IMG/VR virus record: IMGVR_UViG_3300033163_000075
Length of the DNA stretch: 20,000 nucleotides
Strand: one strand, 5' to 3'
From: an uncultured virus (IMG/VR IMGVR_UViG_3300033163_000075)
Taxonomy: Duplodnaviria; Heunggongvirae; Uroviricota; Caudoviricetes
Part shown: one piece after another, positions 18,625 through 20,000 of the stretch
How positions within the stretch are numbered: position 1 is the first letter of the stretch
Layout of the letters: each line of letters opens with the position of its first letter
Notes under the pieces: model-generated
Seen by the model: the letters and a program-made list of their open reading frames with translations, nothing else
Databases searched by the model: none
What the model was told of the DNA's origin: nothing
Translations under genes and position numbers: made by a program

Positions 18625-19518
18625 TTAATATTCAACTCTATTACGTCCGTTACTTTTAGCCAAATACAGCTTTTCATCAGCATGTTTTATCAACTCGTCA
18701 ATGCTCTCACTTTCTGGTGATTTTAAGTAATGAATACCGAAGCTTGCAGTTATGTTAAATTGCTTGCCATTATATTCGATTACAGATCTTTCAATTGACT
18801 TTCGCATACATTCGGCTATTGACTTTGCAGTCTCAAGATCGGCTCCAGGCATGCAAATCAGAAACTCTTCTCCACCATATCTTGCGACCCAGTCAATTTC
18901 TCTTTTAAGACATCCGGATATTGTTATGGCAACATTTTTTAGAGTCTGATCACCGGCAGGATGTCCGTAATTATCGTTAACAGCTTTAAAATAATCAATG
19001 TCAGCCATAATTATAGATATTTCTTTTGATAAAAGCTTAGCGTTCAAAAGATCAACAGGTAGCTTTTCCATAATATATCGTCGGTTATACAGCCCCGTAA
19101 GTTGATCTTTAAAAGCAAGTTTGTTCATACTATCAATAAGCGCATGAATTCCTGTCAATTCATTACCCTTATCGTCAAGCGATTCAAAAAATAAACTGTT
19201 TGTAATATCTTTGAGAATCTCGACTACAACCTTTCTGTTATCTAAAATATAGGGGACTGCAGTCACTATGTATGTTTTGTCTTTTATATACTCAATTTTT
19301 ACATATGTCGTGTTGTCGTTATAAGCCCTCATGGAGATGCAATTATCGCACACTTTGTTTTTACCCCAAAAATCAAAACAGTGGATGTTGTTAATTAGAA
19401 CCTCCTTGTTTCCGTACTCAATAACTCTTTTTTGTAAAGGATCTACAATTCGCGTAAAATCACTGAGTTTACTAAATAACTCACCATTGGTTAAATAATC
19501 ATTAATATTATTTTCCAT
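18625..19518 (-). CDS. Diguanylate cyclase (GGDEF domain) with a Cys-containing N-terminal sensor-like domain; prophage cargo
   Basis: DQLTGLYNRR, DIDYFK.VNDNYGH..GD, REID I-site five residues before GGEEF, ADEKLY.AK.NGRN; RBS AAGGAAGGT; AT-rich. Confidence 0.95.
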   Translation of the reverse strand: MENNINDYLTNGELFSKLSDFTRIVDPLQKRVIEYGNKEVLINNIHCFDFWGKNKVCDNCISMRAYNDNTTYVKIEYIKDKTYIVTAVPYILDNRKVVVEILKDITNSLFFESLDDKGNELTGIHALIDSMNKLAFKDQLTGLYNRRYIMEKLPVDLLNAKLLSKEISIIMADIDYFKAVNDNYGHPAGDQTLKNVAITISGCLKREIDWVARYGGEEFLICMPGADLETAKSIAECMRKSIERSVIEYNGKQFNITASFGIHYLKSPESESIDELIKHADEKLYLAKSNGRNRVEY

Positions 19519-19522
19519 ACAT

Positions 19523-19567
19523 ACCTTCCTTTGTAAAAATTATAATTTCCTATCCATGAACATAAAC
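19523..19567 (-). promoter_or_regulatory. Putative sigma-A promoter and RBS of the GGDEF gene
   Basis: Minus strand has a perfect TATAAT (19544-19539, inside the palindrome AAATTATAATTT) upstream of the RBS (19531-19523); only a weak -35 match. Confidence 0.45.
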
Positions 19568-19641
19568 AATAGAAACGTAACAAAAATCATGGATAAATAA
19601 CAGATACATTCAACCCGACCACACAAGCCCGGGTTTTTCAA

Positions 19642-19731
19642 AAAACATCTAAATCGACCACACGCGAACCTCTGACATCTAAACTGACTACTCGCCAAGC
19701 ACTGACATCTAAATCGCTCTGTCACAAGGTT
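19642..19731 (+). repeat. Three direct repeats with exact 30-bp period, core (CTG)ACATCTAAA
   Basis: ACATCTAAA at 19645, 19675 and 19705; a degenerate copy ACATTCAACCCGACCACAC at 19606 matches unit 1 (ACATCTAAATCGACCACAC). Confidence 0.85.
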
Positions 19732-19799
19732 TTAAGCTCGTTTTGACATGTTCCCTCGAAGTAAGAATCAGGCAATTTCCGAGCGGTGGTTTTTATGGC

Positions 19800-19830
19800 A
19801 AAAACCTTGAAATGCCCTTATTTCAAGCCC
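19800..19830 (-). terminator. Inverted repeat just downstream of the rlmD stop; possible terminator or protein-binding site
   Basis: CTTGAAAT (19806-19813) / ATTTCAAG (19820-19827) with a 6-nt loop, followed on the minus strand by GTTTTT. Confidence 0.5.
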
Positions 19831-19834
19831 TTTT

Positions 19835-19999
19835 TTACGGCTGATTTTCAACCCTCGACATCAATACCACGCACTCAACATGATACGTATTAGCGAACAT
19901 ATCAACAGGTACTATTTCTTTAATCAAGTAATTTTCTTCCATTATATTAAGATCTCGAGCTAATGTCACAGGGTCACAAGAAACATATATGATTTTTTG
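19835..19999 (-). CDS. rlmD: 3' end of a 23S rRNA (uracil-C5)-methyltransferase, RlmD/RumA family (partial; continues beyond the window; not in the ORF track)
   Basis: Hand translation QKIIYVSCDPVTLARDLNIMEENYLIKEIVPVDMFANTYHVECVVLMSRVENQP*, with the family motifs YVSCDP.TLARD (catalytic Cys) and VDMF..T.HVE. Confidence 0.93.
   Translation of the reverse strand, partial: QKIIYVSCDPVTLARDLNIMEENYLIKEIVPVDMFANTYHVECVVLMSRVENQP
19855..19905. other. Putative prophage attachment junction inside the rlmD 3' end, crossover near 19880
   Basis: Imperfect inverted motifs GACAT (19857-19861) and ATATC (19899-19903) are symmetric about 19880 (His codon of HVE); composition shifts there; rumA/rlmD 3' ends are known targets of serine-integrase elements in Bacillota. 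Confidence 0.65.
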
Positions 20000-20000
20000 T

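Larger units (their letters stand above)
1..19880 (+). mobile_element. Temperate siphovirus-like prophage (head, tail, lysis, integration and cargo portion), integrated in the 3' end of rlmD/rumA; left part outside the window
   Basis: Co-directional capsid, head-tail, tail, lysis and serine recombinase gene order; about 50% GC in a spot count, versus about 30% (35/118 by hand) in the rlmD-like sequence beyond 19882. Confidence 0.93.

Noticed and set aside
19540..19725. 61-aa minus-strand ORF with repeated RFRC motifs
   Set aside because: It is the translation of the DNA repeat array (30 bp = 10 codons), has no clear RBS and overlaps the GGDEF promoter region
19606..19760. Mini-CRISPR array interpretation of the 30-bp-period repeats
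   Set aside because: Conserved core is only 9-12 bp, intervening parts are ~18 bp and partly similar to each other, no palindromic repeat, and no cas genes in the window

Overview
The window holds the right-hand ~19.9 kb of a temperate siphovirus-type prophage of a Bacillota (Firmicutes) host, plus its junction with the chromosome. On the + strand: HK97-fold major capsid, four head-tail joining genes, major tail protein, tail assembly chaperones with a -1 slippery site, tape measure, Dit, a large Tal-like protein, two small paralogous tail proteins, an 823-aa GH18 hydrolase, holin, and a GH25-CW_7-LysM endolysin. A four-gene recombination module follows (68-aa ORF, large serine recombinase, stand-alone recombinase-domain protein, second large serine recombinase). 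On the - strand lie an AT-rich GGDEF diguanylate cyclase cargo gene and, missed by the ORF track, the 3' end of a host rlmD/rumA-type methyltransferase gene (19835-19999), which appears to be the integration site (crossover near 19880). Most unusual: a carbohydrate-binding-like domain apparently split between the Tal C-terminus and either of two downstream paralogues; a GH18 barrel interrupted by a ~540-aa insert; a 30-bp-phased array of att-like motifs plus an inverted attB-like half-site inside the prophage end; and a diguanylate cyclase inside the element. All family calls come from motif recognition and synteny by eye, not from database searches.
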